This document shows positions 10,409-19,219 of a DNA stretch of 53,519 nt, piece by piece. A program made the position numbers and the translations under genes. This stretch comes from Desulfuromonadaceae bacterium UBA5613 (GTDB taxonomy: Bacteria > Desulfobacterota > Desulfuromonadia > Desulfuromonadales > UBA2197). A model generated the notes under the pieces. The model was not told the origin of the DNA. It worked only from the letters and a program-made list of their open reading frames with translations, and ran no database searches. The stretch is taken from the NCBI GenBank assembly GCA_002424625.1, contig DIKR01000066.1, positions 26,649 through 80,167 on the forward strand, given 5' to 3'. The number at the start of each line of letters is the position of its first letter. The first letter of the stretch is position 1.

Positions 10409-11125
10409 ATGCCCGATCAACTGCAAAAATCGTTGTCTACAACCCTGAATGAAGTTCGTGCCTGGCTCGAAGATCTGCGCGCGCTGGGTTTGCATGATTT
10501 GCAGGTTGCTGATCTGCGGGAGTTGCAGCCTTGTCCCCCGGGAATCGTCGGACTCGATCGCGGTGGCGACTCCGCTTGCCGGCAAGAGACGCTGGAGGAG
10601 ATTCGTGCCGATCTCAGTGATTGTCAGCGCTGTCCCCTTTGCAATAGTCGTACACGCATCATCTTTGGTGCGGGGATAGCCAGTTCGCGCATCGTCTTTG
10701 TCGGCGGCGCGCCCGGAAAAGTTGCCGATACGACGGGAGAACCTTTGGCGGGCGAACTCTTCGATCGCATCCTCTTTGCCATGGGGATGGAGCGGTCTTC
10801 TGTCTATGCCTGTGAAGTCGTCATGTGTCGGCCCGGGCAGCGGGTGCCGCATCAGGATGAAATCGCGACTTGTCGATCTTTCCTGCAGCGCCAACTCGCA
10901 GTCATTGCGCCACAGATCATTGTCGCCATGGGGGAGATCCCGACCAGTGTTTTGAGCGATCAGAGCGAGGACTTTGGCAAGATTCGCGGGCATTGGTTCA
11001 AATATCAGGGGATCGACGTCATGCCGACCTTCGACCCTGCTTATCTTTTACTCCATCCGCATGAAAAGCGGGAAGCCTGGAACGATTTGAAGGAAGTATT
11101 ACGGCGAATGCGCCAAGAGGATTAA
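10409..11125 (+). CDS. uracil-DNA glycosylase family 4-like protein with an N-terminal extension and substituted catalytic motifs
   Basis: Cys-rich start of the UDG fold (CQRCPLC) and overall family-4 order. Motif A reads GGAPGKVADTTGEPLAG and motif B reads FDPAYLL. Confidence 0.68.
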   Translation: MPDQLQKSLSTTLNEVRAWLEDLRALGLHDLQVADLRELQPCPPGIVGLDRGGDSACRQETLEEIRADLSDCQRCPLCNSRTRIIFGAGIASSRIVFVGGAPGKVADTTGEPLAGELFDRILFAMGMERSSVYACEVVMCRPGQRVPHQDEIATCRSFLQRQLAVIAPQIIVAMGEIPTSVLSDQSEDFGKIRGHWFKYQGIDVMPTFDPAYLLLHPHEKREAWNDLKEVLRRMRQED

Positions 11126-11580
11126 TCGCCGCGTTGCAGCGTCTTGCGAGAGCGATTGGCGGCAGGGAGAGGGGGAAGAAGTCCGACAAGCACGCTGAGC
11201 AGGAAGATGGAAATGTAGAGCGTAACCCGGGATTCGAGGTGCGCCAATGTCGCCGAGTCGGCATTCTCGAAAACTATAGCATTGATCTTGGCCCAACGGT
11301 AATCACTGTAGCGATAAAAAAGATGGAGGAGGAAGAAGGTGCTGCCGAGCATCGTCATCAGGACAAAACCGGGTCGTCTGCCGCGGCGGCGCATACCATG
11401 ACACCCCCAGATGATCAACCCTGCGGCAACAAAGATCAGGCCGCTCAGGGTCGTGTTAGGCTGGTTGCTATTGTCGCCATAGACCGCGATGATGATACCG
11501 GCAAGCAGTGCGAGAGGGCCAATAAAGATGGCTAAGTGAAAAAAACGGGCAATAGATGATGCTCGGGGCAGCTTCATCAT
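11122..11580 (-). CDS. hypothetical integral membrane protein (about 4 TM segments)
   Basis: Four hydrophobic stretches and a strong promoter immediately upstream. I recognise no family. Confidence 0.55.
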   Translation of the reverse strand: MMKLPRASSIARFFHLAIFIGPLALLAGIIIAVYGDNSNQPNTTLSGLIFVAAGLIIWGCHGMRRRGRRPGFVLMTMLGSTFFLLHLFYRYSDYRWAKINAIVFENADSATLAHLESRVTLYISIFLLSVLVGLLPPLPAANRSRKTLQRGD

Positions 11581-11613
11581 GCGACAGGGTCCTTTGCTTT
11601 GTGAAGTTGCCGG

Positions 11614-11642
11614 ATTATAGAGAAAAAAAAGGAAAAATTCAA
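11614..11642 (-). promoter_or_regulatory. near-consensus sigma70 promoter for the membrane-protein gene
   Basis: On the minus strand: TTGAAT, a 17-nt spacer, then TATAAT, about 30 nt upstream of the ATG at 11580. Confidence 0.45.
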
Positions 11643-11654
11643 TGGGTTGCGGAA

Positions 11655-11693
11655 ATGAAAAAGGGGGGTGAAACCTGTCAGTTTCATCCCCCT
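11655..11693 (-). terminator. intrinsic terminator of the rbr-dfx unit
   Basis: On the minus strand: GGGGGATGAAAC / GTTTCACCCCCC hairpin followed by TTTTTCATTT, about 30 nt after the dfx stop. Confidence 0.65.
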
Positions 11694-11721
11694 TTTCATT
11701 CAGAATTCAAAACATGGAGGA

Positions 11722-12102
11722 TCAGTTTTCACTCTTCCACTGTCCGTGCAGGTTGCAATATTCACGCGCCGTGACCTTTTTTGCAATTAAGGGGAAGGTC
11801 GCTTCCGGCGCCTCGCCAGGTTTCAGGAAGTGCAAATAAGATTTATTATCTGCGATGAGCTCAATCCATTCAATATAGTGTTTTTCCTCCATGGGGTGAG
11901 GAACGCTGCCGATTTTTACAGTGATGGATGTGGTGCCGACTTCGATGACCGGAACGTGTTTTTCCTTGGCCGCATCGACACTGTTTTCTGCCAGCAGTTT
12001 CATTTCTTCGCCGCAACAGACCAAAGCACTGGCGCCGGTGTGCAGAACTTCCACAATGTTGCCACAGATTGAACATTTGTAAATTTCCAGTTTTTGCGTC
12101 AT
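11722..12102 (-). CDS. dfx: desulfoferrodoxin (2Fe superoxide reductase)
   Basis: 126 aa with an N-terminal desulforedoxin-like CxxC...CC site (CSICGN, VCCGEEM) and a C-terminal SOR domain ([19 protein letters not shown]). Confidence 0.93.
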   Translation of the reverse strand: MTQKLEIYKCSICGNIVEVLHTGASALVCCGEEMKLLAENSVDAAKEKHVPVIEVGTTSITVKIGSVPHPMEEKHYIEWIELIADNKSYLHFLKPGEAPEATFPLIAKKVTAREYCNLHGQWKSEN

Positions 12103-12126
12103 TTTTCTCTCCTTGGGTGGATGGGT

Positions 12127-12702
12127 TCAGTAGTTTTCGCCGAGCAGTTCAAAGTGTGCTTTGGGATGGTTGCAGGCAGCACAGCAATCCGGCGCGGTTG
12201 TCCCCTGATGGAGATAGCCGCAATTACGACATCTCCAGACGACCTCGCTGTCACGTTTGAAGACTTGATCTTTTTCAATGTTTGCCGCTAAAGCCAGATA
12301 GCGTTTTTCATGCTGTCTTTCTGCAACAGCAATCGCAGTAAATATCGCTGCAATTTCGGGAAAACCTTCTGCTAAAGCCGTTTTCGCGAAGTCCGGATAC
12401 ATGATTGTCTGTTCATAGTGCTCTCCAGCGGCGCCTTCTTTCAGGTTGTCCACTGTTGAGCCGATCACGCCCGCCGGGAATGTTGCCGTGATTTCAACCT
12501 CTCCCCCTTCGAGAAGTTTGAAGAGACGCTTGGCATGTTCTTTCTCCTGATCCGCAGTCTCCTCAAAGATGGTGGAGATTTGTACAAAGCCTTCCGCCTT
12601 AGCTTTGGCAGCAAAGTAAGTATAGCGGTTTCGTGCCTGGCTTTCGCCGGCAAATGCAGTGAGAATATTCTTTTCGGTGTTGGTACCCTTGAGTGACGGC
12701 AT
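12127..12702 (-). CDS. rbr: rubrerythrin
   Basis: Start trimmed to [14 protein letters not shown], preceded by GGAGAA. Diiron four-helix region ([14 protein letters not shown]) plus a C-terminal rubredoxin CRNC...CAAC. Confidence 0.93.
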   Translation of the reverse strand: MPSLKGTNTEKNILTAFAGESQARNRYTYFAAKAKAEGFVQISTIFEETADQEKEHAKRLFKLLEGGEVEITATFPAGVIGSTVDNLKEGAAGEHYEQTIMYPDFAKTALAEGFPEIAAIFTAIAVAERQHEKRYLALAANIEKDQVFKRDSEVVWRCRNCGYLHQGTTAPDCCAACNHPKAHFELLGENY

Positions 12703-12727
12703 CTGTTTTCTCCTTTTTATTTTTTTA

Positions 12728-12755
12728 ATATTACCAGTTGAGCCGGAAGTTGCAA
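12728..12755 (-). promoter_or_regulatory. candidate sigma70 promoter of rbr-dfx
   Basis: On the minus strand: TTGCAA, a 16-nt spacer, then TAATAT, about 25 nt upstream of the rbr ATG. Confidence 0.45.
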
Positions 12756-12876
12756 GAAATAGATTGGCGGTAAATCCCATAAGATTTTCTTGCTTTAAAG
12801 AGCATCTTTATAGGAATATGCTACTTTTATGTTTGGTTTCCGTCTCCTGATTTTTTGGAAAAGAGAAAAAGTGATT

Positions 12877-13491
12877 ATGTCTCATTCCAGAAGAACCCTT
12901 TTTGAACGTCTACGGATCGGTTTGACTTGGTTTTTCACCCTCTTTGTTATTATTCTGGCTATCTTTGGCCAAAGTAGTTATCAGGCGTCTTTGCTTGGCA
13001 AGATCCTCTTCGCCCTCGGCGGCAGCTTGGCGGCTATCGGCGCCTTTGGCCGTTTGTGGTGTTCTCTTTATATTGCTGGCTACAAAAATAATACCCTGAT
13101 CAGTGAGGGACCATATTCTCTTTGCCGTAACCCCTTATATTTTTTCAGCTTTATTGGCGCTCTCGGGGTTGGACTCTCCATGGGTAACTTTACCGTCCCG
13201 GTGATGATTATTGCCGGTTTTACCTTCTATTATCCTCTGGTTGTCAGTGGCGAAGAAGCGCGCCTCGCAGTGATTCATGGAGAGCGTTTTCACAATTACT
13301 GCAAAAATACGCCAGCTTTTTTCCCCCGATTTTCGGCTTTGAATGAGCCGGGGGAGTATACCGTACAGACAAAACTTTTTCGTAAAGATATCGGCGATGC
13401 AATTTGGTTTATCTGGATCGTCTTTTTTTTGCAGTTGATCGCAGCTCTTCGGACTTTGGCTTATATCCCGACCCTCTTTACCCTTTATTGA
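12877..13491 (+). CDS. isoprenylcysteine carboxyl methyltransferase (ICMT/PEMT-like) family membrane protein
   Basis: Multi-TM protein with GPYSLCRNPLYFF, resembling the ICMT/phospholipid methyltransferase signature. Start trimmed to MSHSRR. Confidence 0.72.
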   Translation: MSHSRRTLFERLRIGLTWFFTLFVIILAIFGQSSYQASLLGKILFALGGSLAAIGAFGRLWCSLYIAGYKNNTLISEGPYSLCRNPLYFFSFIGALGVGLSMGNFTVPVMIIAGFTFYYPLVVSGEEARLAVIHGERFHNYCKNTPAFFPRFSALNEPGEYTVQTKLFRKDIGDAIWFIWIVFFLQLIAALRTLAYIPTLFTLY

Positions 13492-13522
13492 TAAGTCCAT
13501 CCCCCCTTTAAAGAGAGAAAAA

Positions 13523-14710
13523 ATGATGTCTGATTTTATTGAAGAAGAAGATTTTGCCACCCTCCTGGAAGCAAACCTTGGTGGCGCCGAGAAGTTGAAC
13601 AAAGGACAGAGTGTCGATGCGATGGTTGTTAAGATCAGTGGCGACTGGGTCTTTATCGACACCGGACGTAAGGGCGAAGGGGTCCTTTCCCGTGAAGAGT
13701 TCCTTAAAGAGGATGGAACGATCTCTATTGCTGAAGGCGATACCATCCGTGCTATCTACCTTGGGCAGGTCGATGGTGAAACCCGTTTTACGACGCGGAT
13801 TGGTGCCAAGGGTGGGCAGGGGAGTGCACAGATTGAAGAAGCCTGGCGCAGCGCCATTCCGGTCGAGGGATCAGTCGAAAAAGAGTTGAAGGGTGGATTC
13901 GAAGTTCGTCTCCCCGGCGCCGTGCGGGCCTTTTGTCCCTTTTCCCAGATCGATCTTTATCGCGGCGATGCAGCGGGGTACATCGGCCGGCGCTGCGATT
14001 TCCGGGTTATTCAGTACAGTGAAGACGGTCGCAATATCGTCGTTTCCCGGCGGATTATCCTCGAAGAGGAAGCACAACAGCAAAAAGAGTTGTTACGCGA
14101 AAGTCTGGCTGTGGGGATGGTTGTCACCGGAACGATCCGCTCCCTCCTCCCGTTTGGAGCCTTTATCAACATTGGCGGCATTGACGGACTGATCCCGATC
14201 TCGGAACTTGCCTGGAACCGGGTGACGGATCCGGCCGAGATTCTCAGTGTCGGCCAAGTCGTACAGGTCACAGTGAAAAAGCTCGATTGGGAGAATAACA
14301 AGTTCTCTTTCAGTCTGCGTGATGCCGGAACCGATCCCTGGCAAACTGTTGGTGAGCGTTATCAAGAAGGGAGTTTTCATGTCGGCACGGTCGCGCGCCT
14401 CGTCCCCTTTGGCGCCTTTGTCACCCTGGAGCCCGGCATTGACGGACTGATCCATATCTCAAAGCTGGGCGCCGGCAAACGGATTGCCCATCCCAAGGAA
14501 GCTGTCCGTGAAGGGGAAAAACTTGAAGTCAAGATTGAATCGATTGATCTTGCCGCCCGCAAAATCTCTTTGGCTCTGGCGACCGTCAGTCGTGCAGCGG
14601 AAGAAGCGACGCAGAGTGTTGATGAATTTCGTCAGCTCGCCGCCAAGACGGAAAAAACCTCTTTTGGCTCCTTTGGCGATTTGCTGAAAAAGGCCGGCAA
14701 GAGCAAGTAG
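13523..14710 (+). CDS. S1 RNA-binding domain protein (four S1 repeats; shorter paralogue of ribosomal protein S1)
   Basis: Repeated S1 OB-fold signatures (G.V..I...GAF(I/V)..G.DGL(I/V).IS). Acidic N-terminus and Lys-rich tail. Confidence 0.85.
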   Translation: MMSDFIEEEDFATLLEANLGGAEKLNKGQSVDAMVVKISGDWVFIDTGRKGEGVLSREEFLKEDGTISIAEGDTIRAIYLGQVDGETRFTTRIGAKGGQGSAQIEEAWRSAIPVEGSVEKELKGGFEVRLPGAVRAFCPFSQIDLYRGDAAGYIGRRCDFRVIQYSEDGRNIVVSRRIILEEEAQQQKELLRESLAVGMVVTGTIRSLLPFGAFINIGGIDGLIPISELAWNRVTDPAEILSVGQVVQVTVKKLDWENNKFSFSLRDAGTDPWQTVGERYQEGSFHVGTVARLVPFGAFVTLEPGIDGLIHISKLGAGKRIAHPKEAVREGEKLEVKIESIDLAARKISLALATVSRAAEEATQSVDEFRQLAAKTEKTSFGSFGDLLKKAGKSK

Positions 14711-14712
14711 CC

Positions 14713-15480
14713 GTGTCGCTGAAAAAGGAACGGATCGACAAACTTCTTGTTGATCGCGGACTGGTGGCTTCGCGAGAACGGGCCCGGGCGCTGATTCTGG
14801 CCGGAGCGGTGTTGGTCGACGAACAGGTGGTTGACAAGGCAGGCGCACAGATTGCCCGGGAGGCAGAAATCCGCCTGAAAGGGGAGGATATCCCCTTTGT
14901 TTCCCGGGGTGGACTCAAGCTGGAAAAAGGCCTGGATGCTTTTGCCCTCGATGTCCGGGAGCGGGTTGCCCTTGATGTCGGGGCGTCGACCGGAGGCTTT
15001 ACCGACTGCTTGTTGCAAAGGGGGGCAAGCAAAGTTTATGCTGTCGATGTCGGTTATGGTCAGCTCGCCTGGTCGCTACGCACCGACCCCCGGGTCGTCA
15101 ACCTCGAACGGACCAATATTCGAAATTTGCGGGGCGAGGATCTTCCCGAGTGTCCTGATCTGGCCGTCATTGATGCTTCTTTTATCTCTTTGTCGATCGT
15201 ACTGCCGGCAACTTTGTCGCTCCTGACGGCCAATGCGATCATCGTTGCCTTGATTAAACCGCAGTTTGAAGTCGGTAAAGGGGCGGTCGGTAAGGGCGGT
15301 GTGGTTCGCGATACGGATCAGCATGAACAGGTCGTGAGTAAAATCCGGCACCTTGCAGAACAGTCAGGGTGTCATGTCATCGGCGTCACTGAAAGCCCCA
15401 TCCTTGGTCCGAAGGGGAACAAGGAGTTCTTGATTTGCCTGCAAAAGGTTGACACTTCTCCGCTTCAGAACAAAAATTAA
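14713..15480 (+). CDS. tlyA: TlyA-family rRNA 2'-O-methyltransferase (S4 plus FtsJ domains)
   Basis: S4 domain (RIDKLLVDRGLVASRERARALI) and SAM motif (LDVGASTGGFTD). GTG start 3 nt after the S1-gene stop. Confidence 0.9.
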   Translation: MSLKKERIDKLLVDRGLVASRERARALILAGAVLVDEQVVDKAGAQIAREAEIRLKGEDIPFVSRGGLKLEKGLDAFALDVRERVALDVGASTGGFTDCLLQRGASKVYAVDVGYGQLAWSLRTDPRVVNLERTNIRNLRGEDLPECPDLAVIDASFISLSIVLPATLSLLTANAIIVALIKPQFEVGKGAVGKGGVVRDTDQHEQVVSKIRHLAEQSGCHVIGVTESPILGPKGNKEFLICLQKVDTSPLQNKN

Positions 15481-15498
15481 TCTCTCCGTCAGGACATT

Positions 15499-16629
15499 AT
15501 GACTATTCGCTGTCTTCATACCGCCGATCTTCATCTTGATGCCCATTTCCCTGCCTGGGGCGAAAAGGAGGCGCAGCGTCGTGCTGACCTCCTGAAAACG
15601 TTTGAACGCATTGTCAATCTCGCCATCAAGAATGATGTTCAGCTCCTGCTCATCAGCGGCGACCTCTTTGACTCTCCCCATCCGGAACCGGCCACGGTTG
15701 TCCGGGTGCAGAGTGAGTTGCAGCGCTTGGTCGAGCGGGGGATTACTCCGGTCCTTCTGCCCGGAACCCATGACCCCTATGCCCCGAAAAACTCCATCTA
15801 TCGCCGTGAGACTTTTCCCGGAATCATTCTCAACGAAGCGCAGCTGAGTGAACCCCTGCATCTCCTCATCAAGGGAGTGAGCTGTTATCTCTACGGCTTT
15901 GCCTACCAAAGCGGCAAGGCTGAAGAGCTTCTCCCGTCCTTGCAACGAAGAAATCTGCCGGGATTTCATATCGCTTTACTACACGGTTCGCGGCGCGGTA
16001 GTCCGGAATGGAATTACCGGCACAAGGATCTTCCCTTTGATCTTGCTGATCTGGAGTCTTTGCGTCTCGACTATGTTGCCCTTGGTCATTACCACACGTT
16101 TGAAGTTCTGCAGGATGAAAGTGGCAGGAACATTGCTGCTTATCCAGGGTCACCGGAAGGAAAACGTTTTGGTGAAGATGGCCCTCGCTATTGCGCGCTG
16201 GTCACACTGAGCGCCGGTGGCGCCCGGATTGAAGCCCTTGAAGTTAATGGTCGCGTCCTCGCAGAGAAGGAGCTCGACCTGAGCGGGATTGTGACTCTGG
16301 AGGGGGCTGTCGCTGAGATCCGGCGTTATGCCAACCCGGATCTCATTTTACGTTTGCGTCTCACCGGAACCGTCGAGATCCCCTTGGCATTGCCGTCGCT
16401 CATGGCTGCCTGTCGCGATGATTTCTTCTGGCTGGAACTGCTGGATGCCACCCGTTTGTACGATAGCGCTTATGCCCGGCGGATTGAACACGAGGAGACC
16501 GTACGCGGACTCTTTGTGCGACGTATGCGTCGGCTCATCGAAGAATCCCCGCCAGAGCGGCGTCCGATGGTTGAAGAGGCCTTTCGGGAAGTTTTGGCCC
16601 GTTTCACGGCAGCGGGTGGTGAATTATGA
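15499..16629 (+). CDS. Mre11/SbcD-like metallophosphoesterase (YhaO/SbcF type DNA repair exonuclease)
   Basis: Phosphoesterase motifs in order: HTADLHLD, SGDLFD, GTHD, LLHG, GHYH. Confidence 0.85.
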   Translation: MTIRCLHTADLHLDAHFPAWGEKEAQRRADLLKTFERIVNLAIKNDVQLLLISGDLFDSPHPEPATVVRVQSELQRLVERGITPVLLPGTHDPYAPKNSIYRRETFPGIILNEAQLSEPLHLLIKGVSCYLYGFAYQSGKAEELLPSLQRRNLPGFHIALLHGSRRGSPEWNYRHKDLPFDLADLESLRLDYVALGHYHTFEVLQDESGRNIAAYPGSPEGKRFGEDGPRYCALVTLSAGGARIEALEVNGRVLAEKELDLSGIVTLEGAVAEIRRYANPDLILRLRLTGTVEIPLALPSLMAACRDDFFWLELLDATRLYDSAYARRIEHEETVRGLFVRRMRRLIEESPPERRPMVEEAFREVLARFTAAGGEL

Positions 16630-18866
16630 TGATTTCCCGCATTGAGTTGCGGCACTTCGGTCGCTTTGTCGAAGCTGATTTCGATTTTAAAACCGGTATC
16701 AATCTGGTCACCGGCCCCAATGAAGCCGGGAAATCGACGATCATGGCGGCGATTCCGGCTGTTCTCTACGGCCTTCGTGACAAGGAACGTTATCGTCCCT
16801 GGGGGCGGGAAGGGAGTTGCTCAGCAGCCCTGATTCTGCAAACAGCCAAGGGGACAGAGGTCCGTATCGAGCGCGAAATTATCAGCGATCGTGTCACCTT
16901 GACCGAAATTGATCAGCAGGGGATGGTGCTGCTGTCGTTTGAAGGGAAGATTGCTCCCCTGGGACGCTCCAGTGAACGCGCCCTTTATCTGGAACATCTC
17001 GAACGGATAACCGGCCACGCCGATGAAGAGATCTTTCGAGCCTCCCTCTTCTTTGCCCAAGGGAGTCTGGAAATTGATGCGCCGGGAGAGATTGCCAGCC
17101 GCATCAAAACCCTTCTTTCCGGCTGTGCTGAAGTCGATTACGATCAAGTGCTTGAGTCGTTGCACGAAGACTACTTTGCCATTACCCGCGAAAACCCCTG
17201 GGGAAAGGATAAAGCCAGGGAGCGTGAACTTGAAGTGGTCCGCATTCGTCTTAAAGAACTCGAAACTCTCTGGACTGCCGGTCGTAGTCATTTCGTCGAA
17301 GAGGAACGACTGCAACAACAGATAGCTGCTGTCAGAGCAGAGTTGGCCGAGAAGAAGGGGCAGTTGGCGGAAGGCAAGCGTTATCTGGAGTGGGTGCGCC
17401 GGCAATGGCAACTCGAAGAGAAGGAAGCGAGTCTGCAAAAGGATTATTCCCGTGTGCAGAAAGTTGCCGGGAAGGTCGATGATTTACAGGAAGAGCTTAT
17501 CGAGCTGCAAAAAAATCTGACATATACCGGTTTGCCATTTGAAATTCCTGAGTCTCTGCCGCAATTATTGACCGGCGCTGAAGTTATCCGCAAGGAACTG
17601 ATCACACTCCAGGAAGAGATGACCCGTTTGAGGCGGGAACGCTCCCTTCTTGGTGATGCGCCCTGGATTCCGGCTGTGGTCCTGTCGGTTCTTGTCCTTG
17701 TCGGGTTTGGTCTGTTTGGCAAAGGCGCGACAAACTTTCTGGCCCTGGGTGGCATCCTTACGGTTTTAATCTGGGGTTTTTTTGTTTTTCGCCTGATGCG
17801 ATTAAACGCGGTGCGTGCGGCTTTGGGGGGGCAACTCGATCAGGTGAGTCAACGGCGCAGTGAAGTTTTAACGTCTTTGGCAGAAATCGAGGAAGCGGTG
17901 CGCTGTCTGGGACTTCCTGCCTCGGCTGTAGAGATGATCAAGATGGAGAAAAGTCTTGACCGGCATCGTTCTCTCGTTCTGCGGATAAAAGAGATCGAGA
18001 GTGCCTTACAGGTCCTTGATCACCCCGAATCGATTTCCGGTGAAGAAAAGACTTTGAGCCGCGAGATGGCGGTCCTTGCTGAGCGCAAGGAACTGGGGCG
18101 TCCATCCCGGGCGGAGATCCTGCGTCCGGAAGACCTCCCTGAGGCGGAGAGCAAGCTGACCAGACTTGAAACCGATATAACGGCAACGGAAGAGATCCTT
18201 CTCGAACTCACCCGCCAGCAGGCTGAGGTGCGCGGTGCGGCGACGATCGATCCTTGCCGTCTTGACGAAGAAAGAGTCGCTCTGCAGGAAAGAGAACTCT
18301 TTTTACTGCGTCGTAAAGAAGCTTTGAGCCTTGCTTATGACCTGCTGCGCGGTGCGGTTGACGATTTTCGCCACACTTACGTGGACCGTTTCTCCGGGGA
18401 GATCGGACACTCGCTTGCGTTCATTACCCGTAACCGTTATCAGGCGGTCCGGTTGGACGATAATTTTAATCCCCAGGTGCAAGTACGTGATGATCTTTGG
18501 CAAAGTGTCGATCGTTTGAGCCGTGGGGCTCAGGATGCGGTGTTCTTTGCCGTCCGACTCGCTTTGACCCGGCATCTGACCCGTAATCGCCATTTGCCTT
18601 TGTTACTCGACGATCCTTTTGTCCACCTTGACAAAGTTCGTCTTGCCGAGATGCTCAAGCTTCTGGAGCGAGTTGCTCAGGAGCACCAACTCCTGCTTTT
18701 TTCTCACAGTGAGACCTTGCTGCACCGCGCAGAAAAGGGTGGGTGGCATACCCTGCCGCTGATGGAGCTTTCGGTGAACCGCTCCCTTGCGTCTCCGTCA
18801 GCCAAAGGTAAGGAAAAGGAAAGGGAGAAGAATACCGATGACGCCAACCAACTGTCTCTTTTGTAA
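16626..18866 (+). CDS. Rad50/SbcC-like SMC-type ATPase (YhaN/SbcE type) with a central predicted membrane hairpin
   Basis: Walker A GPNEAGKST, long charged heptad-rich arms, signature-like LSRGAQD, Walker B LLLDDPFVHLD, H-loop FSHS. Two hydrophobic segments at nt ~17661-17800. ATGA overlap with the nuclease gene. Confidence 0.8.
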   Translation: MMISRIELRHFGRFVEADFDFKTGINLVTGPNEAGKSTIMAAIPAVLYGLRDKERYRPWGREGSCSAALILQTAKGTEVRIEREIISDRVTLTEIDQQGMVLLSFEGKIAPLGRSSERALYLEHLERITGHADEEIFRASLFFAQGSLEIDAPGEIASRIKTLLSGCAEVDYDQVLESLHEDYFAITRENPWGKDKARERELEVVRIRLKELETLWTAGRSHFVEEERLQQQIAAVRAELAEKKGQLAEGKRYLEWVRRQWQLEEKEASLQKDYSRVQKVAGKVDDLQEELIELQKNLTYTGLPFEIPESLPQLLTGAEVIRKELITLQEEMTRLRRERSLLGDAPWIPAVVLSVLVLVGFGLFGKGATNFLALGGILTVLIWGFFVFRLMRLNAVRAALGGQLDQVSQRRSEVLTSLAEIEEAVRCLGLPASAVEMIKMEKSLDRHRSLVLRIKEIESALQVLDHPESISGEEKTLSREMAVLAERKELGRPSRAEILRPEDLPEAESKLTRLETDITATEEILLELTRQQAEVRGAATIDPCRLDEERVALQERELFLLRRKEALSLAYDLLRGAVDDFRHTYVDRFSGEIGHSLAFITRNRYQAVRLDDNFNPQVQVRDDLWQSVDRLSRGAQDAVFFAVRLALTRHLTRNRHLPLLLDDPFVHLDKVRLAEMLKLLERVAQEHQLLLFSHSETLLHRAEKGGWHTLPLMELSVNRSLASPSAKGKEKEREKNTDDANQLSLL

Positions 18867-19188
18867 AATAGTCAGTGGTGAAATCCCCGCAGGGATCGTT
18901 TATGAAGATGAATTGGTTGTCGCTTTTCATGATATCAATCCTCAGGCGCCGCACCATTTACTGCTTGTGCCGCGCCAGCATATACGTACAACTCTTGACA
19001 TCGACACTGTTGATATGGAATTGATTGGTCATGTCTATCGGGTCGCTGCAAAAATTGCCGTTCAACTCGGTTTCGCTGACGCCGGTTTCCGGATTGTCAA
19101 CAACTGCAAGGAGGATGGCGGGCAGACGGTTTGGCATCTGCACTTTCACCTTCTTGGTGGTAGAAAGCTGAGTTGGCCACCAGGTTAA
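18838..19188 (+). CDS. HIT-family (Hint-like) nucleotide hydrolase
   Basis: Start trimmed to MTPTNCLFCKIVSGEIP after the GGGAG RBS. Histidine triad HLHFHLLGG. Overlaps the ATPase gene by 29 nt. Confidence 0.9.
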   Translation: MTPTNCLFCKIVSGEIPAGIVYEDELVVAFHDINPQAPHHLLLVPRQHIRTTLDIDTVDMELIGHVYRVAAKIAVQLGFADAGFRIVNNCKEDGGQTVWHLHFHLLGGRKLSWPPG

Positions 19189-19219
19189 TCTCTGCCGCAA
19201 AGCATCGAGTTAGAAGTGA

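Noticed and set aside
15499-19188. The idea that the nuclease plus SMC-like ATPase plus HIT trio is an anti-phage defence island (Lamassu/Wadjet-like).
   Set aside because: It is embedded in a long co-directional string of housekeeping genes (S1 protein, tlyA, RSH) with no compositional break and no mobile-element or other defence genes. The architecture matches the YhaO/YhaN DNA-repair family. It is kept as a finding only for the membrane hairpin and the HIT overlap.
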